A stretch of DNA of 64,000 nt from an uncultured Chloroflexia bacterium (lineage in GTDB: Bacteria > Chloroflexota > Chloroflexia > Thermomicrobiales > CFX8), in assembly GCA_963709995.1 (NCBI GenBank), contig CAVPYN010000011.1:119604-183603 (forward strand), in the 5' to 3' direction. How positions within the stretch are numbered: position 1 is the stretch's first letter; each line of letters starts with the position of its first letter. This document shows, piece after piece, positions 44,549 through 55,821 of the stretch. The notes under the pieces were generated by a model that saw nothing but the letters and a program-made list of their open reading frames with translations, was not told the origin of the DNA and did no database searches. A program made the position numbers and the translations under genes.

Positions 44549-44930
44549 CCGCTACGAACAGGGCATGAAGATCCGGCGCGAGGTGCTTGGCGACGAGCAC
44601 GTCGAGCGCTCGATCGCCGCCCAGACCAGCTTCGACGCCGGTTTCCAGCGTTTCATCACTGAGAGCGCCTGGGGATCCGTCTGGGCCAGCGATGGGCTCG
44701 ACCGCCAGACGCGGCATATGCTTACCATCGCGATCCTGGCCGCGCTTGGCCGCGAGCACGAACTGGCGCTGCACCTCCGCGCCACGCACAATACCGGCGT
44801 CACGCCAGCAGAGGTCGCCGAGGTGTTACAGCAGGTTGCTGTCTACGCCGGTGTCCCGGCCGCCAACAGCGCATTCGCGGTCGCCAGGAGAATCTATGCT
44901 GAGATGGGAGTGGATCTGGATGACGACTGA
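44535..44930 (+). CDS. pcaC: 4-carboxymuconolactone decarboxylase
   Basis: YEQGMKIRREVLGDEHVERS...ESAWGSVWASDGLDRQTRHMLTIAILAALGREHELALHLRA. Confidence 0.85.
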
Positions 44931-45137
44931 TCGATTTCTGAGTCGGAACTCGATGACGACAAGGCTCGTCATCCCGCCGCTGCCGAAAGGTCACGGTACC
45001 ACCGGTGTGGTGGTAGCAGAACCAGGCCCGCCGATCATGTTTCGCGGGCACAGACTCGAAGTGGCTCGGAATAGCAACTCGATTTCGGATAGCGTTTCCG
45101 TGTACTTTGGAAACATGTCAGGAGAGGAGTACAGACT

Positions 45138-45869
45138 TTGAGTGCGCTTTCAAGACGCCTCTCTTCCTTAGATTGGTCCGTCCAGCCGCCCTATCTCTAC
45201 CCGGCCTACGAATCGACGTTACTGCGCGCCCCCCAACAGCCGCTCGTGCCATTGCCGCAAACGCTGTCCGAGATGACCGGCCCGGTATATGGTCACGACG
45301 ACATCCAGCCGCTCGATCACGACCTCACCCGCAACGCCGTTGCCACCGGAGCCCCGATCGGCGAGCGAATCATCGTCACCGGGAGGATCCTCGACGAGCG
45401 CGGCCAGCCGGTTCCGAACGCGTTGGTCGAAATCTGGCAGGCAAACGCCGCCGGCCGCTATCGACACCTTGTCGACCAGCATGACGCGCCACTCGACCCC
45501 AACTTCACCGGCGCCGGGCGCGTGCTGACCGGCCGTAATGGCGAGTATCGCTTCATCTCGATTCGTCCGGGCGCATACCCATGGAAGAATCACGAGAACG
45601 CCTGGCGTCCACCCCACATCCACTTTTCCGTCTTCGGCCGCGCGTTCATCTCACGCCTGGTGACGCAGATGTATTTCCCCGGAGATCCGCTCCTGGCGCT
45701 CGACCCGATCTATCAGGGCGTGCCTGATGAGAAGGGTCGCCAACGCCTGGTCGCCTGCTACGCCCACGATGTCACCGAGCCGGAGTGGGCGCTCGGCTAC
45801 CGCTTCGATATCGTATTGAATGGGAGCAGGATGACGCCTTTTGAGGATCCAGATGACAACGATGAATAG
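45138..45869 (+). CDS. pcaH: Protocatechuate 3,4-dioxygenase beta subunit
   Basis: VEIWQANAAGRYRH, WRPPHIHFSVFG, VTQMYFPGDPL. Confidence 0.9.
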   Translation: MSALSRRLSSLDWSVQPPYLYPAYESTLLRAPQQPLVPLPQTLSEMTGPVYGHDDIQPLDHDLTRNAVATGAPIGERIIVTGRILDERGQPVPNALVEIWQANAAGRYRHLVDQHDAPLDPNFTGAGRVLTGRNGEYRFISIRPGAYPWKNHENAWRPPHIHFSVFGRAFISRLVTQMYFPGDPLLALDPIYQGVPDEKGRQRLVACYAHDVTEPEWALGYRFDIVLNGSRMTPFEDPDDNDE

Positions 45870-46450
45870 ATCCAGATTACAGCAAACACCGAGCCAGACC
45901 GCCGGCCCGTTCTTCCACTTCGGAATGGTCGAAAAGGGCAACGAAAACAATCTCGTCAACGATGCAGGCAGGCGGCGAGCGCATCACGATCCAGGGTCGC
46001 GTGCTCGACGGCGAGGGTGAAGCGGTGCCGGACGCCTTGCTCGAAATCTGGCAGGCGGACGCCAACGGATTCTTTCACCACCAGGAGGACCCTCACTGGG
46101 AGAACGCAGATCCCCATTTTCGTGGCTTCGGTCGAGCCGACACCTCTCGGAGGCGGCCAGTTCACCTTCCGGACGATCAAGCCTGGCCGGTGCCGTTCGA
46201 CAGTCGTCGCTCCAGGCGCCGCACATCAACGTGCGCATTTTTCGCCCGCGGCATGCTCACTCACGCCTACACCCGCTTCTACTTCTCGGATGAGGCGGAG
46301 GCGAACGCCAACGATCAGATTCTCAACATCGTCGACCCGGAGCGTCGTCACACGCTGATTCTCCAGCGCCAGGGCAGCAGCGATCCACCCGTCTACGTCC
46401 TGGACGTGAAGCTGCAAGGCAAAGACGAGACGGTGTTTTTCGACCCATGA
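45862..46450 (+). pseudogene. pcaG: Protocatechuate 3,4-dioxygenase alpha subunit, about five frame breaks
   Basis: The segments TPSQTAGPFFHFG (frame 1), ERITIQGRVLDGEGEAVPDALLEIWQADANG (2), GGGQFTFRTIKPG (3), PVPFD (2), QAPHINVRIF (1) and ARGMLTHAYTRFYF (2) are all recognisable. The last break is at T-run 46238-46242. Confidence 0.8.
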
Positions 46451-47778
46451 TCGGCGGCTCGCGAATTCTGGGCGCGGTCTACAGCGATCCCGAGATCGCC
46501 ATGATCTTCTCGGACGAGCACTTCGTTGCCAAGATGCTGCGGGTCGAAGTCGCGCTGGCCCGTGTACAGGAACGGCTCGGCATCATCCCGGAAGGAACGG
46601 CCGAGCGGGTGGAAAGCGTCGTGAACACGCTCGACATCGACCTCGCGCAAATCCAGCGGAGCATGGAGCAATCCGGCATCCCGACGATCGGGATGGTCGA
46701 CCAGTTGCGCGCCGCCGTCGGTGGCGAAGCGGCCTCGTACGTCCACTGGGGCGCGACCACCCAGGACATCATGGATACGGCGCTCGTTCTCCAGATCCGC
46801 GCTGCTCTCGATCAGATGGAGGCCGAGCTGCGCCGGATCATCGCCAACCTCGCCGACATGGCCGAGCGGCACCGCGACACGCTCATGGCTGGCCGTACAA
46901 AATCGCAGCAGGCGTTGCCGATCACCTTCGGGCTGAAAGTGGCCGGATGGCTTGCGCCACTGGTCCGGCATCAAGAGCGGCTGGAAGAGATGAAACCGCG
47001 CCTGCTCGTCGTCCAGTTCGGTGGCGCGGTCGGGACGCTGGCATCGCTGGGGGAGCGTGGCATCGAGACTATGCTAGCTCTGGCCGCCGAACTCCAACTT
47101 GAAGCGCCGCCGGCGCCCTGGCACACGCAACGAGATAGTCTCGCCGAACTTGCTGGCTGGCTCTCGATGGTTAGCGGTAGTTTGGGGAAGATGGCTCAGG
47201 ACATTATCTTGCTAGCCCAGACGGAGATCGGTGAGGTTCGCGAGAGCGACGATCCCTCGCGCGGCGGCTCCAGCACGATGCCCCAGAAGAGCAACCCGGT
47301 CATCAGTGAAGCGATCATCGCCGCCGCCCGTGCCAACGCCAATCTCGTCGCCACCATGCACCAGACGATGATCCAGGAGAACGAGCGCGCCAGTGGCGCC
47401 TGGCAGATCGAGTGGCTGACCTTGCCGCGCATGTTCGAACTGACCGCCAGCGCCCTCAACAACGCCCTTCATCTGTCGGAAAACTTCGTTGTCGATAGAG
47501 CCAGGATGCGCGCCAATCTCGCTGCCACCAACGGCCTGCTGCTCGCCGAAGCGTTCAATCTCGCGCTCGCCCCCTACCTCGGCCGCGCAGAAGCCAAGGC
47601 CGTTATCCAGTCCGCCGTCCAGACCAGCCTCGCCGAGGATCGTCCCTTCGTTGACATCCTTCGGGAACGGGTTGACGCGGAAATTGACTGGGACGCGCTG
47701 CGTGATGAGTCGAACTACCTCGGCGCTTCGACGACCCTCATCGACCGAGTTCTTCGATTCCAGGGAAGCAGGACCTAA
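46447..47778 (+). CDS. pcaB: 3-carboxy-cis,cis-muconate cycloisomerase
   Basis: Fumarate-lyase superfamily signature GSSTMPQKSNP, in pca cluster context. Confidence 0.85.
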   Translation: MIGGSRILGAVYSDPEIAMIFSDEHFVAKMLRVEVALARVQERLGIIPEGTAERVESVVNTLDIDLAQIQRSMEQSGIPTIGMVDQLRAAVGGEAASYVHWGATTQDIMDTALVLQIRAALDQMEAELRRIIANLADMAERHRDTLMAGRTKSQQALPITFGLKVAGWLAPLVRHQERLEEMKPRLLVVQFGGAVGTLASLGERGIETMLALAAELQLEAPPAPWHTQRDSLAELAGWLSMVSGSLGKMAQDIILLAQTEIGEVRESDDPSRGGSSTMPQKSNPVISEAIIAAARANANLVATMHQTMIQENERASGAWQIEWLTLPRMFELTASALNNALHLSENFVVDRARMRANLAATNGLLLAEAFNLALAPYLGRAEAKAVIQSAVQTSLAEDRPFVDILRERVDAEIDWDALRDESNYLGASTTLIDRVLRFQGSRT

Positions 47779-47814
47779 AGCACAGTATGAGTTGCTAAGA
47801 TCTCGCCACCTGCG

Positions 47815-48249
47815 ATGAGAGGAGATCCTATGTTCGACATAGCCGATCGGCTTGAGATTCTCAATATGCTTGGCGAGTACTCCCACCTGTACGATGAAGG
47901 TCGGTTCGACGATTGGCTGAATCTATTTGTGGTCGATGCTACCTTCGAGTTTGTAGGCGCGATGCAAGCAATGTTTTCTGGAACAAGCGAGATCATCAAC
48001 ATCCCATCTATGTATCGTGAAGCCCTCGCACGCGGTGAACAGGGACGGCACCTGCTCACGAATGTCACCGTGCTCGAGCAAACTGCATCCACTGCCAGCG
48101 TTGCTGCGCTGGCGCTTCTGATCGGAACGGACCGGGACGGTCAGCCCACCTACAATGCGCCAGGCCGCTACACCGGGGCGCTAGCCAGAACTGGCGACGG
48201 CTGGCGCATCGCACGCTGGCAGCTTCATCTTGACCGTCCTGTTGGTTAG
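47815..48249 (+). CDS. SnoaL-like (NTF2 family) protein
   Basis: DRLEILNMLGEYSHLYDEGRFDDWLNLFVVDATFE...GRYTGALARTGDGWRIARWQL. Confidence 0.65.
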   Translation: MRGDPMFDIADRLEILNMLGEYSHLYDEGRFDDWLNLFVVDATFEFVGAMQAMFSGTSEIINIPSMYREALARGEQGRHLLTNVTVLEQTASTASVAALALLIGTDRDGQPTYNAPGRYTGALARTGDGWRIARWQLHLDRPVG

Positions 48250-48280
48250 TCTGGCCGCGACGAGTTGAATCGAAGATCAT

Positions 48281-48832
48281 GTGCAGTTCCGACTAGCGAA
48301 TGCCAGCACAACGATCACTGTGGTCCAGGGCAACATCACGGAACAGGTGGTCGACGCCATCGTCAACGCCGCCAACAGCTCGTTGCTCGGCGGGGGCGGC
48401 GTCGACGGGGCGATCCACCGCGCTGGCGGCCCGGCGATCCTCGAAGAGTGCCGGCGCATCAGGGCAGCGCGCGGAAGCCTGCCAGCGGGCGAAGCCGTCA
48501 TTACAACCGCCGGCAACCTTCCGGCTCGGCATGTCATCCACACGGTAGGGCCAGTCTGGAACGGTGGCGAGCGCGGAGAGGCGACCAAGCTGGCGAGCGC
48601 CTACCGCAACAGCCTCGCGCTGGCCTGGAACGAGAACCTGCGGACAGTCGCGTTCCCGTCGATAAGCACCGGGACCTATCGCTTCCCAATATCCTTGGCG
48701 TCCAATATTGCGATCTCAACGATCTCTACTGTCGTCGACGAGCACCCCGATGCCTTCGACGAGATCCGGCTGGTGCTCTTCAATGATCGGGACCATGAGG
48801 TCTACGTTTCGCTGCTCCGCGACATGTTGTGA
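48281..48832 (+). CDS. Macro domain protein (O-acetyl-ADP-ribose deacetylase type)
   Basis: VVQGNITEQVVDAIVNAANSSLLGGGGVDGAIHRAGG...HVIHTVGPVW...AFPSISTGTYRFP. Confidence 0.85.
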   Translation: MQFRLANASTTITVVQGNITEQVVDAIVNAANSSLLGGGGVDGAIHRAGGPAILEECRRIRAARGSLPAGEAVITTAGNLPARHVIHTVGPVWNGGERGEATKLASAYRNSLALAWNENLRTVAFPSISTGTYRFPISLASNIAISTISTVVDEHPDAFDEIRLVLFNDRDHEVYVSLLRDML

Positions 48833-50010
48833 TCGAGCCAGAACTGCTGATACAACTCGACCGTCCTCACGAGTGTCTCAACGCCGATCAGGAGGCAACG
48901 CTCGTCGATATCGAAGCGCGGATGGTGATGGGTGTAGATCTTGCCGCTGGCTTCGTCGCGTGATCCGACGAAGAAGTAACAGCCGGGAGCGGCCTGCAAA
49001 AAGTAGCTCATGTCGTCCGCACCCAATGTCGGCTCGGCTTCGAGGACGCTATCCGGCCCAAGCGTCGCAGCCGCCGCCTGGCGCACGATCTCGGTCATCG
49101 CCGGATCGTTATCGACTGCTGGATAACCATGCTCGTAGTTGATCTCGACCGTCGCACGCATGCCCGGTCGCGACGCCTGTTACGAGTTCCGGGATTCTTC
49201 TGCTCGAGATAGTCGCGCACCTCGGGATCGAAGGTCCGCACCGATCCAGCCAGCTCGGCTCGGTCGGCGATGACGTTCCCGGCGACACCTGAACGCAGCA
49301 TCCCGACCGTAACGACTGCCAGATCTAGTGGATCGACCTCCCGGCTGACCAGCGTCTGCAAGGCAACCACCACCTCGGCCGCCACCAGCGTCGCGTTGAT
49401 CGCCCGGTGCGGCAGCGCAGCATGACCGCCCTTACCCTGGATCGTGATCTCAAAATCATCCTCGGCGGCGAACATCGGGCCGGGCCGGACACTGATCGTC
49501 CCGACCGGCGACTCCTGATCGATGTGCGGGCCGAAGCAGGCGTCGACCGTGGGGGCCGTCCATCACTCCGGCTGCGATCATCGGCTCGGCGCCACCGATA
49601 GTTCTCCTCGGCTGGCTGAAATGCGAGCTTCACCGTCCCTGCCAGCGCATCGCGGCCGTGCGCCAGCGCTGCCGCCACGCCCAGCAAGATGGCCGTGTGC
49701 GCGTCGTGACCGCAGGCGTGCATCAACCCCGGCGTCTGTGAGCGATACGGAACGTCGTTCTCCTCGTCGATCGGCAGCGCATCCATGTCCGCCCGCAACA
49801 GACGGTCGGACCCGGACCGCCGCCACGAAGACGCCGAGCACGCCGGTCTTCGCGATCCCGGTCGTCACGTCATAACCGAGACCCCGCAACCGTTCGGCGA
49901 CGATCTGCGCTGGTCCGGTGTTCCTCGAATCCGAGTTCCGGGTGCTGGTGCAGATCCCGCTGGTCGGCGATCAGTTGTGGTTCCAACTGCTGAATGAATG
50001 CGTGGTCCAT
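48802..50010 (-). pseudogene. M20 family amidohydrolase (N-acyl-amino-acid amidohydrolase type), six frame breaks
   Basis: Seven segments are each recognisable: MDHAFIQQLEPQLIADQRDLHQHPELGFEEHRTSA; [20 protein letters not shown]; RADMDALPI...[15 protein letters not shown]...FQPAEE; [16 protein letters not shown]; [47 protein letters not shown]...; RIPELVTGVATGH; MRATVEINYEHGYPAV.... Confidence 0.8.
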
Positions 50011-50410
50011 CTCTGCTCCTCTCGCCAGCCGTGATCCATCGTAACCGGAAGAAATGAGGTATTGACTCCCGGTTGATGCTGGTGTACATTGACCGCTGTG
50101 CAATCTACTTGGATTGAACGCGTGAGGTCACGAGAACCATGGTTCGTTGTTCCAGGAAATTGAGGCGCTTCAGGCGCGGCTAGCGAACGCTCTAGCCGAC
50201 CGATGACCTGTTGTTCGTTTCTCAATTCTTGGAGTAGACCGTGACGATTCAGTTCAGTAGCCCAGCAGTTCCAGCACAAGCCCATTCTCTTCTTATTAGC
50301 AACGCTCGCCGTTTCAGGCGTTAGCCTGACGTAGTGCCCATCTCTGGGTATTGCGCCAGGCCGCGATGGTGCGTTATTTGGCTTGCTATTTTCAGGAGAG
50401 AATGAGATAG

Positions 50411-51401
50411 ATGAAAGACCTGCTGCGAACTGCTGATCTGAGTGCCGCTGACTTCAAACTGCTGCTGGACCTGTCCGATGAACTGAAGCAGAATCCGCTC
50501 AAGCATCATGGATTCCTGACCGGTAAGACGGTCGTCCTCTACTTCGCCAAACATTCGACCCGCACCCGGCTCTCTTTTGAAACGGCCGTAGCGCGACTCG
50601 GCGGCATCCCGCTGACCGTCGGCTCCAACGAGCTCCAGGTTGGCCGTGGCGAGACGCTGGAGGACACCGCCAAGGTCGTCAGCCGCTACGCCGAAGCCTT
50701 CGTCATCCGCACCTTCGCCGACGACGACGTGAAGCTCGTCGCCGAAGCTTCGTCGATTCCAGTCATCAACGCGCTGACCGACGGCCACCATCCCTGCCAG
50801 AGCCTGGCCGACATCATGACCCTGCGCCAGCACTGGGGCACGCCTCACCGGCAAGAAGCTCGCCTACGTCGGCAACAGCAACAACGTCGCCCACAGCCTG
50901 CTCGAAGCCTGCGCGCTCTCCGGCGTCGATATCACCATCGCCAGCCCGGACGGCTACCAGCTTGATGCCGACATCATCGCCAACGCCAAGGCCATCGCGG
51001 CCGAGAATGGCGGCAAGGTCACGATGACCTCCGATCCACTGGAAGCGGTCAAGGGCGCAGACGCCGTCTACACCGACGCCTGGATCTCGATGGGCGATCC
51101 CGAGGCGATGTGGTCGTTGCAGGTTTCGGCGCTCACACCTTACCGGGTGACGGCAGAGATGATGAGCCACGCCGCCCCCGACGCGATCTTCATGCACTGC
51201 CTGCCCGCGCACCGTGGCGACGAAGTCGCGACCGAGGTCATCGACGGCCCCCAGTCCGTCGTCTTCGACCAGGCCGAGAACCGTCTCCACACCTCGCACG
51301 CGCTGCTCTATGCCCTGCTCAACGGCCTCGTGCATGGTTCCGGGGCGCAGGCGGAGTCAGCAACGGTGATCGAGAAGGCGGCCGAAACGACCAAGGTGTA
51401 G
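50411..51401 (+). pseudogene. argF: Ornithine carbamoyltransferase, one frame break near 50838-50846 (possibly an assembly error)
   Basis: STRTRLSFE, HPCQSLADIMT, then in the next frame LTGKKLAYVGNSNNVAHS...[13 protein letters not shown]...ENRLHTSHALL. Confidence 0.85.
51198..51401 (+). repeat. argF 3'-end repeat, copy 1 (inside the gene)
   Basis: Starts with the 26-nt core TGCCTGCCCGCGCACCGTGGCGACGA shared exactly with copies 2 and 3. Confidence 0.85.
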
Positions 51402-51782
51402 CGCCGGACGCCACAAAACAGGACACAGCGAGATGCGACCATTCCCGGTGTACTGCCGGGGTGGTTGCCTCTACTCCACCTCACCGGGTAGCGCGTTGCC
51501 TGGTGGCCAGTAGAGCTACCCGGCAACGGCGTATGTCGTTCTCCCCAGGTTCCCTCTGAAGCGCCAGAAGCTGGTGGACCGACGACGGCTCCTCATACCT
51601 TGCTCATCCGACGTTCAGCAGAGTCGCATGCCCATGAAGTCGGACATCTACGACCTCTGGTCGATGGAGCGTAGAACCGTCCCCCTATCCAGAGGCCGTC
51701 ATCTGCTTCCCGCTATACTCTCACTGAGAGTCAACCGGCGGTCACAGGGCAATGCACCAACGACACGGAGGTCTAAGACAAG

Positions 51783-52887
51783 ATGGTCGGCTTGCTCGAA
51801 ATCCGCCGGCGCAAGCTGCAATTCGCGCTGATTGCAGCCGTCTTCACCCTTGTCTCCTACCTGGTGCTGATGATCACCGGACTCGGCATCGGGCTGAACG
51901 AGCTCGCCGGCAGCGCCCTGCTCAACCTCGACGCAGACCGGCTGGCCTACTCCGACACGGCCGGGCTGAGCGTCATCCGCTCCGAGATGAGCCAGGAAAC
52001 TGTCGATCTGATCGCGGACGCAGAGGGCGTCGATGACTCCGCGCCGCTTGCCTATGTTGCGGCGAACTATGTCGATGCGGATGGTGAAATCGGATCGGCT
52101 GCCCTCCTCGGATACGATATCGGCACGATTGCCGAACCGGAAGTGACCGATGGCCGCGCCCTGACGCCAGATGACGCGTTTGGCATTCTGGCTGATACGC
52201 GTTTCCTGGGCGAATCGAATCTCTCAGTCGGCGATACCGTCACGATGCAGCTGCGCCTTGAGACTATCGAGATGGAGATCATTGGCGAGATCAACGAGGG
52301 CGCGTTCTTCTTCCAGCCGACGGTCTATCTGCTGCGCCCGACCCTGCTTGCATCTGAAGTACGGTGATTTACCAGCCGAGAGCCGACCGGCCGCCAGCAT
52401 CGTCCTGGTCAAAGGTGATCCTGCAAGCGACACCGGCGAAGGCTACGAGATCGTCAGCAAGCAGACGGCCTTCGACAACATCGAGGGCGTCCAGGGGCAG
52501 TCGGCGACGATCACCTCGCTTCAGGTCTTCGGCTATCTGATCGGCGCGATGGTGATTGGTGTCTTCTTCTACGTCCTGACGCTCCAGAAGGTCAGTCAGA
52601 TCGGGATGCTCAAGGCAATCGGCGCATCGAGCGGCTACATCCTGCGCCAGCTGCTGCTGCAGATCCTGCTCATCGCGGCAATCGGGCTGGTCATCTCCAT
52701 CGCGCTCGCCCTGCTCACCGACCGTGCCCTGCAGGGCGACGGCGAAGTCGTCCCGATTGGCTTCTCGACGTCGGCATTTGTCATCACCAGTGTCCTGCTC
52801 CTGGCAGCCTCGGCGTTGTCGGCGCTCTTCTCGGGCCGTCAGGTCCTACGCACCGATCCGATCATCGCGTTGGGACAGCAGCTCTAG
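51783..52887 (+). pseudogene. ABC transporter permease (MacB/FtsX-like), one frame break near 52340-52355
   Basis: ORF 51783..52367 holds the N-terminal TM helix and periplasmic domain. ORF 52171..52887 holds the FtsX-type C-terminal helices (KAIGASSGYILRQLLLQILLIA...). Confidence 0.7.
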
Positions 52888-53607
52888 TGGCGGAACGCAA
52901 AGCGCGAACCGAATTCGATGACATGCTGACCGTCACCGACCTGACCAAGACCTATCGCGATGGTGACCGGGAGGTCAAAGCCGTACGCGAGGCGAGCTTC
53001 ACCGCCGGGCACGGCGAGTTCGTCGCCATCGTCGGTCCGAGTGGTTCGGGCAAGACGACGATGCTGGCGATGCTCGGCGGATTGCTGACGCCAACCAGCG
53101 GCAGTATCACCCTCAATGGCCGCGAGATCACCGGGCTGAGCGCCCGGCAGCTCACGGAGTACCGCCGGCTATCGGTCGGCTACGTCTTCCAGGCCAACAA
53201 CCTGCTGGCGTTTCTCACGGCGCGGGAGAATCTGATGGTGATGTGTTCGATCGGCGCGTGCAAGGGCAATGGCCGGGAACGCGCCGACAGGCTCATCGAG
53301 GAACTCGGGCTAACCGAACGCGCCGATGCGGTGGCCACCCGGCTCAGCGGTGGTGAGCGTCAGCGCGTCGCGATCGGCAGGGCATTGATGAACGACCCCG
53401 AGATCGTCCTGGTCGATGAACCGACGGCCAACCTCGATTCCGTCCGTGGCCGCCAGGTCGTCGAGATGCTGATGCGCGAGACGAAGGACCGCAACAAGCT
53501 CGCCATCATGGTCACCCACGACCTCTGCCATGGCCGCCCTCGCCGACCACATCTACGAAATGCGCGATGGCCTCCTCGCGCCCTCGACTTCGTTACCGGT
53601 GTCGTAA
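52887..53607 (+). pseudogene. ABC transporter ATP-binding protein (MacB/LolD-like), one frame break near 53520-53530
   Basis: Walker A GPSGSGKTT, signature LSGGERQRVAIGRAL, Walker B VLVDEPTANLD. After the shift the tail reads AMAALADHIYEMRDGLLAPSTSLPVS and stops at 53605-53607. The rest of the listed 343-aa ORF is wrong-frame read-through. Confidence 0.75.
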
Positions 53608-53841
<234 letters not shown>

Positions 53842-53928
53842 CACCACGTCCTGACCTCTCAAGATATATGGGGTCACCCCTTGAAGGAATGTTGGCGTGT
53901 CATGGTTTCCTTAGATAGAATTCAAGGT

Positions 53929-54544
53929 ATGCATGACACGATGACGAAAAAACCAGACCACGCCGAACTCTTCGATATGGCTACGGAGCAGCATGGGTAC
54001 TTCACCGCAGCGCAGGCTCGCTCCGCCGGCATCGGTTGGGATCTGCTTTCGTACCACACCAAGACCGGGCGTTTCATGCGGGTTGAGCATGGACTGTACC
54101 GTTTTCGCGACTTCCCGCCCGTACTGGCGCGAAGAAGTCGTGGCCGCCTGGCTCGCCGTCGGCAAAGACGTCGCCGTCGTTTCCCACGAAAGTGCCCTCG
54201 ACCTCTACGAGCTCAGTGATGTCATTCCCAATGCGGTCCACCTGACGATCCCGCGGTCGAAGCGCTACCTCCGACCGCCACCGGACGTCGCAGTCCATAC
54301 GACCACTGAGCCACTCCAACAGTCCGAAATCCTGAGCAAGGATGGGATGCGAGTCACGACGCCAACACGTTCGATCGTCGACGCTGCCGAGAGTGGAACG
54401 GCTATGGAACAGATCGAGATGGCGGTTGCGCAGGCGCTTGATCGCGGCCTCACGACCGAGCGCCGATTGCGCACGGCGGCGGCATCACGCAGCAAACGCG
54501 TTATCCAACTCATTGATCGCGCTATTGAGTTCGCACGCGCATGA
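53929..54544 (+). pseudogene. abiEi: AbiEi-family antitoxin, one frame break near 54113-54122
   Basis: FDMATEQHGYFTAAQARSAGIGWDLLSYHTKTGRFMRVEHGLYRFRDFPP, then in the next frame YWREEVVAAWLAVGKDVAVVSHESALDLYELSD.... Confidence 0.7.
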
Positions 54545-55422
54545 GATACACGACAGCCAGGGCCTTCCGTCAGGCGCTTGAACAGCGCTTGAAGACTGAG
54601 TCTGCACGTTCCGGTGTTCCTCTTCCTCGACTCCGCAAGCTTGTTGTGTTCGACCGTCTTCTGGCCCGACTCCTGATCGTCGCGCCAAATCGCTGGCTCC
54701 TCAAAGGAGCGCTGGCGCTTGACTATCGCATTGGCGCTGAGTATCGCACCACGCGCGATCTAGATCTGACCCGGCAAGATGACGAACCAGCGGCAACTGA
54801 TGATCTTCTGAGTGCCCAGGAGCTAGACCTCGGCGACTACTTCGGTTTTGAAATCGGACAAGCCTCCGCAGTAGGTCCCGGCATTGACGCGGTGCGCTAT
54901 AGCCTGACAGCACAACTTGCCGGCTACAGGTTCGAGACCGTTGGGCTAGACATTTCATTCAGTGATCAACGCTTCGCGACTCCCGAGATTCTGCAAGCAC
55001 CTGGCCTACTGCAGTTCGCCGAAATCGATCCCATTTCCGTGCCTGCTATTCCGATCGAGCAACACGTTGCGGAAAAGATTCACGCATACACGCGCGTTTA
55101 CCAGGGCCGGAGATCGAGCAGCCGAGCCAAGGATCTCGTCGATCTGGTGGTAATCCAGAATTCTATCCGATTGGAAGCGGGCCGACTCAGGGACGCATTG
55201 GAACTGACGTTTGCGGTCCGCGCATCACAAGTTCTACCGACGGAGCTACCACCACCACCTGATAATTGGGCGCGCAGCTATGCAACCCTGGCAAGAGAGG
55301 TCGGGATCGATCCAAGCCCAATCGAGGGACACCGGATTGCGGCCAAATTCCTTGATCCCGTCCTTGCTGAGCGAATCTCTCGTGATGTGTTCTGGATCCC
55401 ACGCGCTCGGCGCTGGGAGTAG
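54541..55422 (+). CDS. abiEii: AbiEii/AbiGii nucleotidyltransferase toxin
   Basis: ATGA overlap with abiEi. [11 protein letters not shown]...[25 protein letters not shown] motif. Confidence 0.75.
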   Translation: MRYTTARAFRQALEQRLKTESARSGVPLPRLRKLVVFDRLLARLLIVAPNRWLLKGALALDYRIGAEYRTTRDLDLTRQDDEPAATDDLLSAQELDLGDYFGFEIGQASAVGPGIDAVRYSLTAQLAGYRFETVGLDISFSDQRFATPEILQAPGLLQFAEIDPISVPAIPIEQHVAEKIHAYTRVYQGRRSSSRAKDLVDLVVIQNSIRLEAGRLRDALELTFAVRASQVLPTELPPPPDNWARSYATLAREVGIDPSPIEGHRIAAKFLDPVLAERISRDVFWIPRARRWE

Positions 55423-55453
55423 CTGGCCTCTGAATCCTCAATACCCCTTGCAC

Positions 55454-55636
55454 TGCCTGCCCGCGCACCGTGGCGACGAAGTAGCAACCGAAGTCACCGA
55501 CGGCCCGCAATCCGTGGTCTTCAACTAGGCCGACAACCGCCTCCACATCTCGCACGCGCTGCTTTACGCCCTGCTCAATGGCCTCATGCACGGTTCCGGG
55601 CAGCCGACGGAAGCAACAGCTGTGAGCGAGACGGCC
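55454..55636 (+). repeat. argF 3'-end repeat, copy 3 (displaced, with in-frame TAG at 55526-55528)
   Basis: Encodes [26 protein letters not shown][29 protein letters not shown].... The core is at 55454-55479. Confidence 0.85.
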
Positions 55637-55821
55637 TACCCTCTGGATCTACAGCCCCGAAGCATGATCTGTCCCACCGATCCGAGTTAGTTCGGAGGAA
55701 TGAATTTGTGATACCACTTCAACGAATTGACCGAGTTCCGGATAATCGCGGCGTATCAGACACGGCGAATCCAAGCAAACCGCTATAGTCTATGCACGGA
55801 ATAATCGACAGACAGAGGTCC

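Noticed and set aside
50321-51335. Minus-strand ORFs 50321..50854 and 50814..51335
   Set aside because: They are antisense to argF.
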